DNA of 64,000 nucleotides, from contig OY986948.1 in NCBI GenBank assembly GCA_963920595.1, positions 5,394,001 to 5,458,000 of the forward strand, written 5' to 3'. Positions 60,501 through 64,000 of this stretch are shown in pieces (positions within the stretch are counted from its first letter, which is position 1; every line of letters begins with the position of its first letter). This DNA comes from Eimeria praecox. Taxonomy: Eukaryota. Position numbers and translations under genes: made by a program. Under the pieces are notes generated by a model. That model did not search any database, was not told the origin of the DNA, and was given only the letters and a program-made list of their open reading frames with translations.

Positions 60501-63500
60501 CGTGGCAAGATTAGTTGAGATGTTTGGTGAATGGAGTACACGCAACGTTACATGTTGCCTATTTTTGTTCGAGTTGTGTATCGCAAGGCAATGCTTGGGC
60601 AGCAAGCCGAGGCAAGCCTAACACAGGCCCTTGACGTGCAAGCACGTGGTCTGTCCACGTTCTTTTCCAACAGGTAAACGATTTGCTAAGGGATCCCCAT
60701 GCAACAGCCTGCCTCACTTTGAAGGTAGTAGTAAATCTGGACTTGTTTTGCCCTCCCTTACAGGGGCCAAATCTGTTTGCCTATAGACGTATAAGCAGTA
60801 TTCGGCGGAGAGGGAGGGGGCCAGCTCGTATGAGTAAGTAGAGGTCATGTATTTTGTGAGCGTGTGCATGCGCATGCTGGGTGTGGGTTGGCGATGTCGC
60901 GCTGCATTATTCAGAAAGTATGCTTATACTTATGTGGAATGGCTGCGAAGATGGGAACCGCATGGCAACTAGAACAGCTTGTAGTATGCCTGGACCACCC
61001 GACACAATTTTATTTCTGGGGACGGTTATGGGTTCTGGCACTTTTCAGCTAGTACGAGAGTACACACGGAGGCTGGTGCACATGCGTGCTGATGAATGGA
61101 GTTGCAAAGTGAGGAGCAGCAGGATTTTCTGTTGCTTTAGGCGTACTCATCCTTGGTTTCGACGCACGATGTGCGTTTGCCAGACAGATTCTGGCATTGC
61201 AAAGTATGCCAGTAAACTGGTGGCACATCGGTTCTGTAGACGCCACCTTGCATTGTTGGAGTAAAAGCAGACTACGCTGTTATATGCCTTCAAGGCCTAC
61301 TAACACATTGCCGACCAGACTGTTCACGCATGATGGCAGCTACTTTGCACAGGGCATGAATAGTGAAGTGCACGCCTCAACATCGAATGCAGCCCACATG
61401 AATTGCGTGATTACACGCTGCGCTTGCTCAACACGACGTGCAATCAATAGCTCATTGTGCGCCTATTGGGTTTTAAACAAGAAGGCCCAACTCGTAATGG
61501 AGGCGAATGCCCTTGGCTCCGCAACATTTGTGAAACGTGTTGGGGTCCGAATAGTTGCACCGTATGCATGCCATTGAGTTTCATTCGGGCTGGGTGGTTC
61601 ATATGTAATGGTGGCAGCACTCCAACACACCCGGGAAATGTAATCGTGAGTCCGTCCCTCGGTTCACAGTCACAAGGTCTCTGCAGCACTGCTTCAACGC
61701 TTACGATAATCTTGGGGTTTGCAGCAAGAGGCAACCTGACAGGGACACCCCATGGAAACATCTGCTTCGCTTTGCAGTTGGCATTAGGCTTGGGCTTGAT
61801 TTTGGTGCCCTGGTTTGAGTCAGATCCATTCGTCGGTATGCGTAACCCCAGCATTTGTAGGAGAGGTAGCTGCTTAGCATTTATGAGCATCGTGGAGTTT
61901 TCAAGGCTGCTTGCGCACTTCTGCGGAGAGCGGGGTTTGGGAATGGCGAAGCCTTCTCTGGCAGTGCGACCGTGTGCTGGTTTGGCCAGAGAGTAAGCGT
62001 TTAGCCGCAGCGTCATGTGCACGGCTCGCTTGTAGGCATTGCTGCGTTACAGGCTGCCTGACGACAGTCATGGATGCGTGTGCGCTTGCTTGCAGATGCT
62101 TGCATCTAGTTGCAGTGTAGCTGGATGTCTCCCTTCATCAGGTTTATGCGTGCTGTTCCTTTGTTTCTACAGGAGCAGACGGTTTGGGTTCGCTGCATGC
62201 ATTTTCGGGAAACAACCCAGCATTAAAAGGTATGCCAGTGGATTTGTGTGGCAGAGTATGTGTAGTGCAATGCGTGGCAGGCAGGAACAACGACTATGCG
62301 GTGGCTTGTGCCAAGGGTGCAGTCGCGTCGGCGATCAGCGTGGTTCCGTATGAAGGCAGCGTTTTGTGGAGGACGAGAATAGCGGAATGCGGCCTACTTT
62401 TGAGCGTCTCCAAAACAGTAACAATGTGATCTATAAGGGAAAGTAGTGCCTGTAGCTCACTGTGTAGCTATTGGATAACTGAAAAGAGAGCGGGACTTAT
62501 CGCGCAGTCAGGCGCCTCTGGTTAGGCGGTATACATTAGGCTAGTTTGTGTTCAGGGTAGGTGCAATTTGTGAATGTGCCGCTTCATGCGTTTTTAAGGG
62601 CTTCGTCGCATGCTAAGGACTTGGCATCACTCCAACATAGTATACAGAGGCAAACGCGAAGTGGGCGGTCGGCCTGCGGGAGCCCGATGGCTCCCGAACA
62701 ACTTGGACTTTCTGGATTAGCGTTGGCCTTCCAGTAATGAGCGATTCGACAAGGCCGGAATCTGCACTCACGTGCTTCGTTTTGTTGTTGGTTTTAAGTT
62801 TGGGCTTGGATAACTAATTACGTTTAGCCACTGCCCATCAACAGTAGGAATGTACGTAGTATTTGGCTGGTATCTAGAAGGCCAACGTGCATAAGCAGCA
62901 CAGCGTACTGCAGCTGGTGTGAACGTCTTCGGATGCGGGGTGAGGAATCCTCCAGTGGTGTTAAGCTCTCTCGGCGGTCTTCCCTGCAAGCTTGCACTTA
63001 GGAGCAGAGTCATGCGCACGGTGTCAGTGTGGAGAATGCTTCGTTTCAGGCTGTCTGACGGTGGACTTCGGCGTGGATTGGCGTGCATGCAGTTCTGTGG
63101 AGCTCCAGCGTGAGGAGAATTGCCAACTCCGTCTGCCGCATCGGCTTCTGCGTTTCGTATGTTGGATCGGGTTGTTTTGATACGCACTGTACGTTTACGA
63201 GATAGGTTTACAAATTGCAAACGTGTTAGTGAGCTGTTGGTGCAGCTTATGCTCAGCGCAGCATGTCGTGGGAGAAACCAGTGACTAGTCGGCTGCTTGC
63301 ACTAAGAGTTCAGGAGCGTTGGCGATCATGCGTGGTTATCGATGATGGCAGCGGTCTTGTGGAAGACGGGAATAGCTGCCTGTAGGCCGCAGACCATAGT
63401 GCAACCAACGCGAATTGCGTGAATTTGCAAGGCGTTTACAGAGAAGCATACGGGGTCAGGAGCTCATTGCGCAGCTACTGCTTAACACAAAGGAACGCAG

Positions 63501-64000
63501 AATTATCAGGGCAGGTTAATGCTGTGACATGGCAAGATTTGTGAAGCTGCTTTGTGTTTGCAGTAGGTGCTACGCATGCACGGACGTCGAATTAGCAGGG
63601 CAGGAGAATGCTGCGACTTGGCAAGATTTGTGAAGCTGCTTTGTGTTTGCAGTAGGTGGCACGTGTGCGTGCGCCGCTCATTCTTGTTGGAGCTTGGCAT
63701 TTCCAAGCAAAGTGTGGATTCCACTGCATTATCCTTAGGATTGAAGAAGGAGAAGCTGACCCCTCGTTTGCAAGGAAATGGTGTCTCCAATGCGTGTTGA
63801 ATGTTTGCGGATATCGTTGACTTTCTCAGAGCAAGCGATTTGACAAGGTCGCCCCGTGCAGCCAGTTGTCTAGGTTTGCTGTTGGCATTGGTCTTGGACT
63901 TAGTTCACATGCCCTCGTTGCTCTCGTGTTTATTTGCTGGTGTACGTGTAGGCAGTAATAATATCGGCAAGAGCTATAAGATTGGCCTGTGTGAGCATAG

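Larger units (their letters stand above)
39358..64000. repeat. Higher-order tandem repeat of ~7.0-7.15 kb (seven ~1-kb monomers), about 3.4 copies; runs off the right edge of the window
   Basis: Anchor CAGACTACGCTGTTATATGCC at 39358, 47092, 54121 and 61268 (spacings 7734, 7029, 7147; the first includes a 585-bp extra duplication). Seven monomer boxes per period. Confidence 0.96.

Noticed and set aside
1..64000. All six-frame ORFs (60-192 aa) as protein-coding genes
   Set aside because: They are short, overlap on both strands, and have Cys/Arg/Ala-rich random-like composition with no recognisable domain. Frames are broken between repeat copies (e.g. the 179-aa ORF at 39547 is cut to 118 aa at 47281), and recurrence simply mirrors the DNA repeats.
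39358..64000. 7-kb repeats as tandem LTR retrotransposons, with the ~1.6-kb internal direct repeat as LTRs
   Set aside because: No gag/pol remnants, PBS, PPT, TG...CA ends or TSDs seen; the unit decomposes into homologous ~1-kb monomers.
1..64000. Assignment to a specific organism (e.g. an arthropod such as a tick) or a named satellite family
   Set aside because: Composition is compatible with an invertebrate genome, but nothing diagnostic is visible without a database search.

Overview
The window is non-coding, eukaryotic-looking tandem-repeat DNA, with CpG not visibly depleted and an (AT)38 microsatellite; the organism cannot be determined. I found no credible protein-coding gene, RNA gene, CRISPR array or intact transposon. 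All 64 kb appears to derive from one ancestral ~1-kb monomer, head-to-tail in one orientation and G/T-rich on the + strand, arranged in three zones. Zone 1 (1-22.8 kb) is a homogeneous array of a 1377-bp unit with 1180-, 1148- and 1807-bp variants and a 3936-bp higher-order duplication. Zone 2 (22.8-39.3 kb) holds strongly diverged ~1-kb monomers with local duplications, two near-perfect hairpins and the microsatellite. Zone 3 (39.4-64 kb) holds about 3.4 copies of a ~7.0-7.15-kb higher-order repeat (HOR) of seven diverged monomers, with nested sub-duplications. The most intriguing signal is a box, T-rich-CAG-NNN-GTA(T/A)G, that recurs about once per monomer across all zones and looks like splice acceptor + 3 nt + splice donor. 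Its function is unproven. All alignments and identity estimates were made by eye.
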